NCBI GenBank assembly: GCA_041287245.1
Contig: JBEULP010000003.1
Coordinates: 132,530 to 196,529, forward strand
Origin: Infirmifilum sp.
GTDB taxonomy: Archaea > Thermoproteota > Thermoprotei > Thermofilales > Thermofilaceae
Reading direction: 5' to 3'
Length of the DNA stretch: 64,000 nt
Shown: positions 1 to 9,408 of the stretch, piece after piece
How positions within the stretch are numbered: position 1 is the first letter of the stretch
Layout of the letters: the number at the start of each line of letters is the position of its first letter
Translations under genes and position numbers: made by a program
Notes under the pieces: generated by a model
The model's input: the letters and a program-made list of their open reading frames with translations, nothing else
What the model was told of the DNA's origin: nothing
Databases searched by the model: none

Positions 1-449
1 TAGAGACGTATCCTTTTGTTTTTTCTAAGCCGAGGTTCCTTGAAAAACACGATACGCAGATCGAAGAGGTTCTTGAGTTTCTTGCTTCACACGAGAAATG
101 CCTAGTTATGATGACGGCATGGGGGAAGTTTTCAGAGGGAGTTGAATTCAGGGTACTGCGGAGAAACCTTATAGATACTATAATCATAGCCGGGCTACCT
201 GTTCCACCGCCTTCGCCTGTCAACCAGAAACTCGTGGAGCGTCTTAAGAGTACTGCGGGAAATAAAGAGTGGGCGTGGAAACAGATATACCTTTATCCAG
301 CATTAATGAGGGTTCTCCAGATTATAGGGCGTGGTGTAAGGACAGAGTCAGATAGAGTAAGAGTGTATCTGCTGGATGAGAGAGCCGCGGAGGACGAGTC
401 TTTAAGATTTTTAGAAGACTATGGCCTGAGCTTCTCGATTATAGGCTAG
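1..449 (+). CDS. XPD/Rad3/DinG-family helicase, C-terminal part (5' truncated by window edge)
   Basis: GKFSEGVEF, IIIAGLPVPPP and QIIGRGVRTESD match helicase C2 domain motifs V/VI. Confidence 0.8.
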   Translation, partial: ETYPFVFSKPRFLEKHDTQIEEVLEFLASHEKCLVMMTAWGKFSEGVEFRVLRRNLIDTIIIAGLPVPPPSPVNQKLVERLKSTAGNKEWAWKQIYLYPALMRVLQIIGRGVRTESDRVRVYLLDERAAEDESLRFLEDYGLSFSIIG

Positions 450-453
450 CGCG

Positions 454-1083
454 CTAGCCGAGACCTTCAACGTTTGCGTGTCTCCTCTTAAGATCTTCCT
501 CTGCTATGCCTAAAAGATTCATAAGGGCATAGACGACCCCGTCAAAAAATATCATTGTTGTATCCTCGAAAAGCGTTCCCAAAGGAGCCAGCGGCTCGTA
601 CAGACCCATGACTTGCCGTGCGAAGTAGTCTGTTTCCGTAGCAACCTTAGTTCGTCCAGGTATTTTTACAATGAAATCGCTTATCTTGCCTAGGGGGGAG
701 TCTTCAAAAGAGGTAACTGCCACAACTGTAGCTCTAGCTCTCTTGGCCGCAGACGCCACTGAAAGGACAATCTGCGTGCTACCAGAGCCAGAAACCGCGA
801 TTAACACGTCGTTTTCCTTGACAGAGGGAGTGATAGTTTCTCCTACAACGTAGACGTCGAATCCAAGATGCATGAGTCTCATAGCGAAAGCCTTAGCTAC
901 AAGGCCGCTGCGGCCAGCCCCAACTACTAGAATCTTGTTCTTATTGGCGAGAGCAGAAGTGAGTATTTTGAGAAAACGGGTGGTCATGTCGGAATCAATC
1001 TGTTTAGACGCCTGGGTGACGAATTCGGCGATACTTTCCATGGCTTTTCTAACGTCTTCACTCACACTTTTGAAATACGCCAT
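454..1083 (-). CDS. hxlB: 6-phospho-3-hexuloisomerase (SIS domain)
   Basis: VVGAGRSG, RLMHLG, SGSGST, PLGTLFE and C-terminal RHANVE. Confidence 0.9.
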   Translation of the reverse strand: MAYFKSVSEDVRKAMESIAEFVTQASKQIDSDMTTRFLKILTSALANKNKILVVGAGRSGLVAKAFAMRLMHLGFDVYVVGETITPSVKENDVLIAVSGSGSTQIVLSVASAAKRARATVVAVTSFEDSPLGKISDFIVKIPGRTKVATETDYFARQVMGLYEPLAPLGTLFEDTTMIFFDGVVYALMNLLGIAEEDLKRRHANVEGLG

Positions 1084-1107
1084 GTAGAAAAAGTTTTTGT
1101 TTATCCT

Positions 1108-1578
1108 CTAATCTATCTTGATTTTAGTATCCTCCTTTATAACTCTGAGAACATACATTGTCTTCGTGTTTTCAACTCCGTCGATACTTCCTATCTCGTC
1201 GATCAGTTTTGCAAGCTCTTCCTTATTCCTCACCCTAACCTTTAGTATCGTAGAATACTCGCCAGTAACGTCAAATATCTCGTACACCTCAGGCATCTTC
1301 TCGAGCTGCTTAAGAACCTGGCCGTACTTCTGAGGCACTGCTACAACAGCTATTATGGCTGTAACTTTTTTCCCAACCTTCTCAGGATCCACGACAGCCT
1401 GAAACCTTTTAATGATGCCGGCATTTACAAGCTTCCTAATTCTAAGGTGTACCGTTGCCTCGGAAATCCCAAGCTGGTTGGCGATTTGTGAATAGGGAGT
1501 CTTAGCATTGTCTTGCATTATATCTAAGATTTTTTTGTCGATATGGTCAAGTTTTCCCTCAGGAATCTGTTCGCTCAT
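1108..1578 (-). CDS. Lrp/AsnC-family transcriptional regulator (ORF track start 1602 is an alternative)
   Basis: LDHIDKKIL...IANQLGISEATVHLRIRKL HTH; VTGEY in RAM domain. Confidence 0.92.
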   Translation of the reverse strand: MSEQIPEGKLDHIDKKILDIMQDNAKTPYSQIANQLGISEATVHLRIRKLVNAGIIKRFQAVVDPEKVGKKVTAIIAVVAVPQKYGQVLKQLEKMPEVYEIFDVTGEYSTILKVRVRNKEELAKLIDEIGSIDGVENTKTMYVLRVIKEDTKIKID

Positions 1579-1835
1579 AATTTCACCAAAATAATCTCGC
1601 ATAACTGGTTAAAAAATTTTTACTTGGAATAGCCAACCCCGTTTTTTAGAGAACACTCTCCTTACAAGCGAATAAGGTTAAATATATTCACAATAACCTG
1701 GGTTCTGGGCTATGCGTGCCCGCTACACATAGCCCTTGGGGTTCGTTAGCCTTCTCCTCTTTCAGGGTGAGCCCCTTCAAGCCTTCATCAGCTTGTCAAA
1801 GAGCTCCGGGATTGGTGAAAGCCCCTCAATCGCGC

Positions 1836-1900
1836 GCCCACACCACAAAAGAGGAACATAGGGACAGGCTCTACAAGCTTATAACGGAGCTACATCTCCT
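1836..1900 (+). repeat. 65-bp dispersed repeat, copy 1 (inverted copy at 44221-44285)
   Basis: Manual alignment gives 60/65 identity to the reverse complement of 44221-44285. Confidence 0.9.
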
Positions 1901-1966
1901 GTGGCAGAGCTACAAGAATAAAAACATTTATTTCTCTCACTCGAATTTTTTACGCTAGAAGAAAAG

Positions 1967-2078
<112 letters not shown>

Positions 2079-2085
2079 TTGCATT

Positions 2086-2331
2086 TTATGTTGGTGTGAG
2101 AGAGTCGACGTGTTCTAGCAACCGGACGAGTCTCAAGACCTCATTGACTATGCCTTTGACTTCTCCTATCTTCTTGGGATGAAATACCAGCACGTAGTTT
2201 ACTGTTTCACCAATTTTTTCTGAGAATATCTTTATGGTTTCTGTGCTGTAGTCGTCGACCTTCAAAGCCTCGTAGATTGCATCTGAAACTGGTAGTTCAA
2301 GTGTTATTTTTATCTGATTTATCATTTGCAT
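2086..2331 (-). CDS. Probable KEOPS subunit Pcc1-like protein
   Basis: 81 aa with IYEALKVD and ...VNEVLRLV pattern; sits in the conserved archaeal rps15-DHH-pcc1 order. Confidence 0.6.
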   Translation of the reverse strand: MQMINQIKITLELPVSDAIYEALKVDDYSTETIKIFSEKIGETVNYVLVFHPKKIGEVKGIVNEVLRLVRLLEHVDSLTPT

Positions 2332-2336
2332 CTCAC

Positions 2337-3731
2337 CTAGATTCTCTCTAAGAGCTTGTCTATAGTCTTTTCATCTATTAGGGCTCCTCCGGCAGAAGGG
2401 TGGCCACCCCCAATGAACCCTAGTTCGCGAGAGAGTTTCTGCAAAAGGGTTCCAATGTCAACGTTGTCGTCGATTTTTCTAAAGGATATCTTATATTTAC
2501 CTTTATCTGTCGGCGATGCTACTCCTATGATCTTCTTTTCAGAGTTCTTTAAGCTAGAGGCGAACTCATTCGCTATGATTGAGCTTATCGGTCCAGTTAG
2601 CTTGGGTAGAGGGTCTTCTAGAAAATAGATAATAGTAAACTTACCATGTCTTGTAATACTCTCTTGGTTTTCAAAAATACGGGATAACTGTCGAGCTAAG
2701 AGCCGTCGATACTCTTTTATGCTGTCCTCGGCTCTCGCGATGTACCTTCCTCTGTGCCCCAGGTTCAAGGAAATTGCTGTACCATAGTGGTCTAGCCTAC
2801 CCAATGCGTTGAGGGTAAATGCGTATTCGCGGAGGTTCTTTAGAGGGCTTGACTCAGGTTCGCGAACAATATAATAATTGTATCCGAAGATCTTTTCAGC
2901 CTCCTTGACATTTACTCCCTGGCTAATCATATACTTTATAAGCTCCGAGGCCAGGTGTTTGATTTCATCGGAGGTAAGGGTAGCAACTATCCGTGCAGCA
3001 CTACCTGTCTTCGGTGGGATCCCTATTTTTTCCAGAAATTTTATGCATGCTGAGGGGTTCCCGCTGAGACCTGGAATAAAAGGTTCCATTGTTGACGCTA
3101 AGGCTTCGACTATCGGCCTATTCTTGGTGCCGAAGAGTCTTAAGGAAACTGATTCCTCAATAATTCCAAGCCTCTTACCTATTTCAAGGACTTCCTTGTT
3201 TAAGCCTATGAGTGAGAACCTTTCACCAACGTCAAGCCTGTCTCCGAGGGCACCAGCAATTGCTGCTGGAAGTAACGCTTTATTTTCACCCATCAGCATC
3301 CTGAGAATACTATATGAAAGAGTAGACGAGCTTGTGTGCGTTGAAGCATCTAAACCAATATTATATGGGTTGATTTCGATCAGATTTTCCCAGACGTTTT
3401 GCGTAGGCACATGGTGGTCGACTATAAGCACATTTTTTCCGGAAACGAATTGTCTGAGTATGTCCTTATAACCGCTTCCGAGGTCGAGAAACGCTATCGA
3501 GTTGTAATCCTCGAAGGGTAGGTCTTCTAGGGTGTCAGGATAAGTTTGCTCAACAAAGACTAGATGAAAAGGTATTTCAAGCTTAGAGAACAACGATGAA
3601 AATATTGATGCTGAGGAGAGACCATCAGCATCGTAGTGAGATATAACAAGCACCGGTTCTTCCTTTTGTCTTAGGTACTCGAAAAATACCTTAGCCTGAG
3701 AGACTAGCTCTTGCAGCGTAACAGTAGTCAT
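2337..3731 (-). CDS. DHH-family phosphoesterase (RecJ/Cdc45-like)
   Basis: HYDADG, DLG, DHH and C-terminal GGGHPSAGG motifs. Confidence 0.92.
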   Translation of the reverse strand: MTTVTLQELVSQAKVFFEYLRQKEEPVLVISHYDADGLSSASIFSSLFSKLEIPFHLVFVEQTYPDTLEDLPFEDYNSIAFLDLGSGYKDILRQFVSGKNVLIVDHHVPTQNVWENLIEINPYNIGLDASTHTSSSTLSYSILRMLMGENKALLPAAIAGALGDRLDVGERFSLIGLNKEVLEIGKRLGIIEESVSLRLFGTKNRPIVEALASTMEPFIPGLSGNPSACIKFLEKIGIPPKTGSAARIVATLTSDEIKHLASELIKYMISQGVNVKEAEKIFGYNYYIVREPESSPLKNLREYAFTLNALGRLDHYGTAISLNLGHRGRYIARAEDSIKEYRRLLARQLSRIFENQESITRHGKFTIIYFLEDPLPKLTGPISSIIANEFASSLKNSEKKIIGVASPTDKGKYKISFRKIDDNVDIGTLLQKLSRELGFIGGGHPSAGGALIDEKTIDKLLERI

Positions 3732-3742
3732 GAAGCCTTAGC

Positions 3743-4189
3743 CTATGTGTAGAGAGCCATTTTCTCAGGTTCGTATTTCCACTCGGAGGGCAGCACTCCT
3801 TCACGCTTATAGTATTTTACAAGTCTGTGAATCTTGCTCTCGGTTAGCTGAAGGCCTCTCTTTGAGTGATAATCCTTCGGGTGTTCTTCAAGGTGTCTTC
3901 TAATTCGTATTGCCCTTTTAATTAGGTTACTAAGATCCTCGGGTATTTCCGGTGTAAACCCTCTCTCCCGTAATATCTGAAGTACACTCTTTCCTGTAAC
4001 GGCTTTGACTAGAGGAATACCGTACTGGTCACGCAAAATGAGCCCAATCATTGAAGGCGGATACCCCTTCCTGTACAGCGAGACAACTAGCTCCTCAACT
4101 TCTTCAACGCGCATGGTAACCCATTCCGGCTTCTTTAACTCCGGAGGTCGTTTGGAGCCTGAACGGCCTTTTTCCTTGTTCTTTCGCAT
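3743..4189 (-). CDS. rps15: 30S ribosomal protein uS15
   Basis: [42 protein letters not shown]. Confidence 0.97.
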   Translation of the reverse strand: MRKNKEKGRSGSKRPPELKKPEWVTMRVEEVEELVVSLYRKGYPPSMIGLILRDQYGIPLVKAVTGKSVLQILRERGFTPEIPEDLSNLIKRAIRIRRHLEEHPKDYHSKRGLQLTESKIHRLVKYYKREGVLPSEWKYEPEKMALYT

Positions 4190-4287
4190 AAATACCTCGG
4201 ATTAGATTTGATAACGCTGTTTAAAAAATTTCGCTTTGCCTAGTATAGTCTTCTATCCTAGGAAAACATAAGAGAAAAATACCCTTT

Positions 4288-4728
4288 TTATGGAGTGGCT
4301 ATAGCTTCTGCAACTGCTTTCTCGGGCGGTATCCAATAGCCCTCGTAGTTTTCGACACCCACTCCCCGCACAATCTCTAGAACTGTCATCTTCTTCGCCT
4401 TCAAACGGTCCTTCAGCATGTCTAAGCCTTTCCAGGGATCCGTGTGTTCGCCGCAGGTGAAAACGTCGATAGCGGCGTAACCATACTCTGGCCAAGTGTG
4501 TATTGAGATGTGGGACTCTGCTATCAAGACGTAGCCGCTAACTCCATGAGGCTTAAAGCGGTAAAAGTCGTAGCTTACAACAGTACTGTTTGAAGCTACT
4601 GCAGCGTCGATTAACGCTGTGCGCACTATGTCTACATTGTCAAGTGCTATGGGGTCGCACTCGTACATCTCTACTATTAGATGACGTCCTACTCCTCCTC
4701 CTCTCACCCCACGACTCTTGCTCACCAT
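4288..4728 (-). CDS. speD: Pyruvoyl-dependent S-adenosylmethionine decarboxylase proenzyme family (could be the arginine decarboxylase paralogue)
   Basis: GRHLIVEMYEC, IAESHISIHTWPE and DVFTCG. Confidence 0.85.
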   Translation of the reverse strand: MVSKSRGVRGGGVGRHLIVEMYECDPIALDNVDIVRTALIDAAVASNSTVVSYDFYRFKPHGVSGYVLIAESHISIHTWPEYGYAAIDVFTCGEHTDPWKGLDMLKDRLKAKKMTVLEIVRGVGVENYEGYWIPPEKAVAEAIATP

Positions 4729-4760
4729 TTCCTTATCAAAGACTAGACGAGTTTTTCAAT

Positions 4761-5369
4761 TTAAATAATTCCCCCTATCTTCCCTAGGAGAAAATAGTAT
4801 TTTTCGAGCCATTTTACGCGACCAGGATTGCAATCTATCTCATTATGAGAAATAATTCTTGAAATATTTTCAACAATTTCATCAACGGTTTTTCCCGTAG
4901 TGTCAAGTTCACACACCTTATCTTCACCAAACCTCCTAACAGCCATTATCAAAACATAGTCGAGGATTTCTGCCTCAACATTTTCCTGAATTTTCGTCTC
5001 AGAATAGCCTCGGGCCCTAAGTCTTTCACGTAACAACAAGGGATCAACTCTCAGGACAATGACCTTGGATATCTTCTCAACTGGAATTGATTCAACGAGA
5101 TGAGTATCTATAATTTCGTCACACTTAAGCAGCTTTCTCAGGTATTTCAGGGTTCTAGGGATATCAACCACGTAGGAGGCAGTTTGTTCGTCATAGCCCT
5201 GGTACAGGCTAGCCTGTTCAATTATTTTTCCGAGATTAAGGTATTCCTTGCCGAGTTTTTTGGCAAGTAGCTGTGCTACGGTTGTCTTACCAGTGCCAGG
5301 TGTCCCGGTAATTAAGATGCACACGGAACTCCCCTCGAGACTCAGCGAATGGGTCAGGCGCGAGCACAT
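4761..5369 (-). CDS. Atypical adenylate kinase, AK6/Fap7 family (true start probably further downstream)
   Basis: ITGTPGTGKT, IIDTH, RLRARGYSETKIQENVEAEI. Confidence 0.88.
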   Translation of the reverse strand: MCSRLTHSLSLEGSSVCILITGTPGTGKTTVAQLLAKKLGKEYLNLGKIIEQASLYQGYDEQTASYVVDIPRTLKYLRKLLKCDEIIDTHLVESIPVEKISKVIVLRVDPLLLRERLRARGYSETKIQENVEAEILDYVLIMAVRRFGEDKVCELDTTGKTVDEIVENISRIISHNEIDCNPGRVKWLEKYYFLLGKIGGII

Positions 5370-5378
5370 GCGAGTAGC

Positions 5379-7196
5379 TCATAGCCGTGGCATCATTCCA
5401 GCTGTGATTTGCGGTGCAATCATCATGGATACGAGGTTTGCCAGTAGGAGGAGAAAGGCGTGCAGGAAACCCGCGGAAACTCTCTCGGAGCCAATTTTGC
5501 CTGCGGCTAGACCCATCATATAACTGTTGATTATTACAGGCGGTAGAAACATGCCTACAAGCTGTTCTACTGATATGCTTTGACCGGCGAATTTCATCAT
5601 GGAGCCCATAAAGCTAACCATTATGAGTACTACAATTGTGATTATCAAGGCTCCTACATACGGCATAAGCATTAGAGGCCTTAAAGCGGCCCTCTTTTCT
5701 TTTTCAACTTGCTCGAGGGTCTCGGCATAGCTTGCTAAGGCCTCAAGCGTTTGTGGGGTTCCTCCTCCTACCTCGATGCTCTCAACCAGAAGGAACATTG
5801 AGATTAACGCAAACCAATTTTTCATACCCTTTGAGAATCTCTGGAAGATTTTGCTCAGCGATACACCCCATCCCACTTGAGACGCGATGTCCTGCAGGTA
5901 TGGTGTAAATCTGCCGTAGTCGCGGTCCTTAAGGTTAATTATACAACGCTCAGGCGCCATACCCGTTTTTCTAACTTCGACGAGGTCGCGGAGAAACCGC
6001 GTAAGCCCGTATTGTATACCACCGTACTTTAAAGTTGAGATATTATCCGCGATCATGGAAGGAATGAGTCCTATGCTTAGAGAGAGTATCATGCCAACTC
6101 CGCTCTCATATCCCTTCCCCATTCCAAACCCATTAGTGATTAGTTCGACTAGTGTGACGAAGGGACGGAAGGTGGATCGGAGAGCCGTTGAAAGGGGCGG
6201 CGGAACAATAAAAGGTAGTGTTGTGGCTATGAAGAGAAAGATTGTTAGCGGGATTCCGACTGCAAAGAAGATTATGTATGGCATGTTATCATAGACCGGA
6301 TATTTCGGCTGCATTAGGTCTGCCAAGTATATGAAAAGCCCGGAGAGCATGGGCATTACTATATAGGATACTAATATGAATTGGAAGGAGCCTCCCTGCA
6401 TTCCGAGTCCAGCCTGCGCTAAAGCCATGTTAACCACGTAGAGAACATATATAGTCATGGAAGTTAACAATACGATAGCCATGTAAGACTCCATAAGAGC
6501 ACCTATCCTTTCCCCAACCATTTTTACTTGAGACACCCTTTCACGGAGCATGACTTCGGTTTGCCTTTGAAGATAGTGTATAACGTCGCCTCCCGCTCTC
6601 AATGTAGCTGCATAGCCGAGCATGAGTTGCTTGTAGCCGTTATGTGGAACCCTCTTAGCGCTTTCCTCTATAGCTGTAAGCGGGTCGATACCGAGTGATT
6701 TGACGCTTATGAAGAAGCGTGTAGCCTCTTTCTTGATTTCCTGGAAAAGAATCTTAGGAGCTTTCGCCAGTCTTTCGAAGCTCACATATGGTGATATTCC
6801 TCCAGTAGCCATGACAGTTATATACACTGAGAGATAGGGAATTTCAAGATCAAAACGTGAAGCCCTCGATGACACCTTCATCCTGGGATAGAAAAGGCTT
6901 AGAGCGAAAGTCGTGGATGCCAAGAGTACAGGAGCGAGTATTGAGAGAGAAACTATTTGTAGGAGTCCAGCTCCAAGGCGGCTCATGAGTAATACTAAGG
7001 GGGCATCAAATACGAAGCCTAGGACAAGCATAAGCAGTGAAATGAAGATACATCTGGCGGCGTAGGCGGGAGGATAAACCTTCATGTCTGCAGATGCTAT
7101 ATCGTTTTTGAGGGGCGGGTAAAGTCTGATTAGTGCCTCACCAGCCCAGCCGAACAGCGCATACGCTATGCCGTCAAAAGAGGACATGGCTTTCAA
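5379..7196 (-). CDS. Type IV pilus/archaellum-type membrane platform protein (T2SS-F/TadC/FlaJ family, duplicated domain)
   Basis: Multi-TM protein with two GspF-like repeats (MATGGISP...RAGGD; VRKTGMAP...EVGGG); divergent from a secretion ATPase. Confidence 0.85.
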   Translation of the reverse strand: MKAMSSFDGIAYALFGWAGEALIRLYPPLKNDIASADMKVYPPAYAARCIFISLLMLVLGFVFDAPLVLLMSRLGAGLLQIVSLSILAPVLLASTTFALSLFYPRMKVSSRASRFDLEIPYLSVYITVMATGGISPYVSFERLAKAPKILFQEIKKEATRFFISVKSLGIDPLTAIEESAKRVPHNGYKQLMLGYAATLRAGGDVIHYLQRQTEVMLRERVSQVKMVGERIGALMESYMAIVLLTSMTIYVLYVVNMALAQAGLGMQGGSFQFILVSYIVMPMLSGLFIYLADLMQPKYPVYDNMPYIIFFAVGIPLTIFLFIATTLPFIVPPPLSTALRSTFRPFVTLVELITNGFGMGKGYESGVGMILSLSIGLIPSMIADNISTLKYGGIQYGLTRFLRDLVEVRKTGMAPERCIINLKDRDYGRFTPYLQDIASQVGWGVSLSKIFQRFSKGMKNWFALISMFLLVESIEVGGGTPQTLEALASYAETLEQVEKEKRAALRPLMLMPYVGALIITIVVLIMVSFMGSMMKFAGQSISVEQLVGMFLPPVIINSYMMGLAAGKIGSERVSAGFLHAFLLLLANLVSMMIAPQITAGMMPRL

Positions 7197-7344
7197 TTTA
7201 AAATAAACTACTTAAAATTAAGTTTTTTCGCGCACCACCGCTTTCCCAGATTGTTCAGGGTTCGCGCGCTTATTGAAAGAGGACTCTTCTTTGAACGCGC
7301 GAAATATTAAATAACGGTTTTTCCATTTTTATAACAGTTGTTCG

Positions 7345-9339
7345 ATGTCGAAGGTTAAGCCTAAGAAGTTGAAGAGTAGGGAGAAAAAGAAGGGGAAGGA
7401 AGAGGAAAAGGTTGAGGAGACCGTTGTATATTTTCCTGTTAGAGAGGACTACAAGGTTGTCGAGGAATACTGGGTTGTCGAGCCGTATGCGAAGGTTAAG
7501 ATCGTGGAAATCCCTGAGGCTGGCAACCAGCGGGCGTACTTTGTCGAGGAGGTTCAGCTGACAGAGGAGGAGAGGAAGGCTGCGGAGAAACTCATCGATA
7601 TTCTCAGCGTGGAACTCGAACCCCCCGTATCATTCGATGTGGATTTGAGGCAGCATGTGATAGAGGAGGCTAGGCGCTTAGCCGAGAAATACAAGAGGTC
7701 TCTGCACGGCATAAGTGAGGAAAGCTGGGGGAAGATAATCTACTATATTGAACGGGATCTAGTGGGTTACGGGCCCATTGAAGTGTTGATGAGAGACTTC
7801 AAGCTCGAGGACATCAGCTGTGACGGTGTAGATAGAGCTATTCACGTGTGGCACCGAGAACATGAAAGCATTCCTACAAACATAGTTTTTAGGAGCAGGG
7901 ACTATTTGAGAGAATTTATAGTAAAGCTTGCACACATGTCCGGTAAGCACATCTCCGCTGCTTTCCCGATAGTTGACGCGATGCTCCCGGGTAGGCACAG
8001 GCTTGCTGCAACGTATGGTGAAGAAGTATCGCCTAGAGGAAGCACTTTTACAATTAGGAAGTTCCGTGAGAAACCGCTTTCAATAGTGGAAATGATAGAG
8101 GGAGGAAACCTCGATGATTGGACGGCGGCATACCTCTGGCTATTAATTGAGAACAGAATGACAGCAATGGTCATAGGAGCAACAGCCGCCGGAAAGACTA
8201 CTCTTCTAAACGCAATTGCTAACTTCTTCAAGCCCGGCTTTAAGATAGTAACCATCGAGGAGACACCTGAGTTGAATCTTCCACACGAGAACTGGGTACA
8301 GCTGGTAAGCAGGGAAAGCTATGGTCTTGGCGAGAGTAAAGTAGGAGAGATAACGCTCTACGATCTTGTGAAGGTGTCGCTAAGGTACCGCCCTGACTAT
8401 ATCATTGTCGGAGAGGTTAGAGGCGAAGAAGCATTCGTATTATTCCAGGCTATGAGCACAGGTCACGGAGGGATGTCGACGATGCACGCTGATTCGCTTG
8501 ACCGCGCGGTAAAGAGGCTTACGAGCCCGCCTATGAATGTGTCACCCGCATATATACCCTCGCTGAATATCGCGCTTCTAAGTGAGAGGACAGTGCTTCC
8601 CACAGGCGGCTTCGCCAGACGGGTTAAGCACGTATGGGAGGTTGAGGACTATGAGCGATACAGGGAAATCGTAAGGTGGGATCCTACCAAAGACGTCCAC
8701 AAAGTATTAGCTGAGAGTTACCATATTAGACAGATAGCTGAGCGAACAGGTAAAACCGTTCAAGATTTGTATAAGGAGATCGAGCGGAGAAGAATAATAT
8801 TAAAGTGGATGCAGGCTAAGGGAATCAAGGAGACCAAGGAGGTGTTTACAATTATCAATAAGTATTACATGTATCCTGATGATGTTTACGGAACAGCTTA
8901 CGCGGACTTGAAAGAGATGAATGCGCTTCCACAGCCTGTAAAGATTACGCCGAAGGTTGAGGTTGAAGCAGCACCTACACCACGACCCATTGTGGCTAAG
9001 CCAGCCCTATCTCAGCCTGCCACAGTACCTCCACAGATAGTTTCTACCATAAAACCCCCAGAGGAAAATAATAGTCAAGCCACCGTCGAGCCGGTTCCAG
9101 CGATTTCTCCTGAGGGAATCAACATTCTTAAAGCTCTTTCAGTACTCGGGGGAGAGGGTGATCACACTTCTGTATTTTCGCTGACAGCTCTATCCAGGGA
9201 GCAATTCAGTAAGGCCATTGGCGAGCTTACTGGAAAGCGTCTAGTTATACCAACTCTAATCTATGTGGAGGGCAGACCTGCGGTTGGCTACCGGTTGACT
9301 AGTGAAGGAGAGTCAGTTGCTAAGAAACTAGGGAAATAA
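7345..9339 (+). CDS. Type II/IV secretion ATPase (TadA/FlaI/VirB11 family) with Pro-rich linker and C-terminal wHTH-like domain
   Basis: GATAAGKTT, TIEETPEL, LRYRPDYIIVGEVRG and TGHGGMSTMHA. Confidence 0.92.
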   Translation: MSKVKPKKLKSREKKKGKEEEKVEETVVYFPVREDYKVVEEYWVVEPYAKVKIVEIPEAGNQRAYFVEEVQLTEEERKAAEKLIDILSVELEPPVSFDVDLRQHVIEEARRLAEKYKRSLHGISEESWGKIIYYIERDLVGYGPIEVLMRDFKLEDISCDGVDRAIHVWHREHESIPTNIVFRSRDYLREFIVKLAHMSGKHISAAFPIVDAMLPGRHRLAATYGEEVSPRGSTFTIRKFREKPLSIVEMIEGGNLDDWTAAYLWLLIENRMTAMVIGATAAGKTTLLNAIANFFKPGFKIVTIEETPELNLPHENWVQLVSRESYGLGESKVGEITLYDLVKVSLRYRPDYIIVGEVRGEEAFVLFQAMSTGHGGMSTMHADSLDRAVKRLTSPPMNVSPAYIPSLNIALLSERTVLPTGGFARRVKHVWEVEDYERYREIVRWDPTKDVHKVLAESYHIRQIAERTGKTVQDLYKEIERRRIILKWMQAKGIKETKEVFTIINKYYMYPDDVYGTAYADLKEMNALPQPVKITPKVEVEAAPTPRPIVAKPALSQPATVPPQIVSTIKPPEENNSQATVEPVPAISPEGINILKALSVLGGEGDHTSVFSLTALSREQFSKAIGELTGKRLVIPTLIYVEGRPAVGYRLTSEGESVAKKLGK

Positions 9340-9408
9340 TCACGTATGCTTCTCGCGCGCGATTAGGAAAAATTTTTTATTACGCTGCAATCATAAGTCG
9401 AGTATAAA

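Noticed and set aside
1716..1958. 80-aa ORF
   Set aside because: Looks chimeric: it runs through a hairpin region, the 65-bp relic and the tRNA promoter, with no family signature
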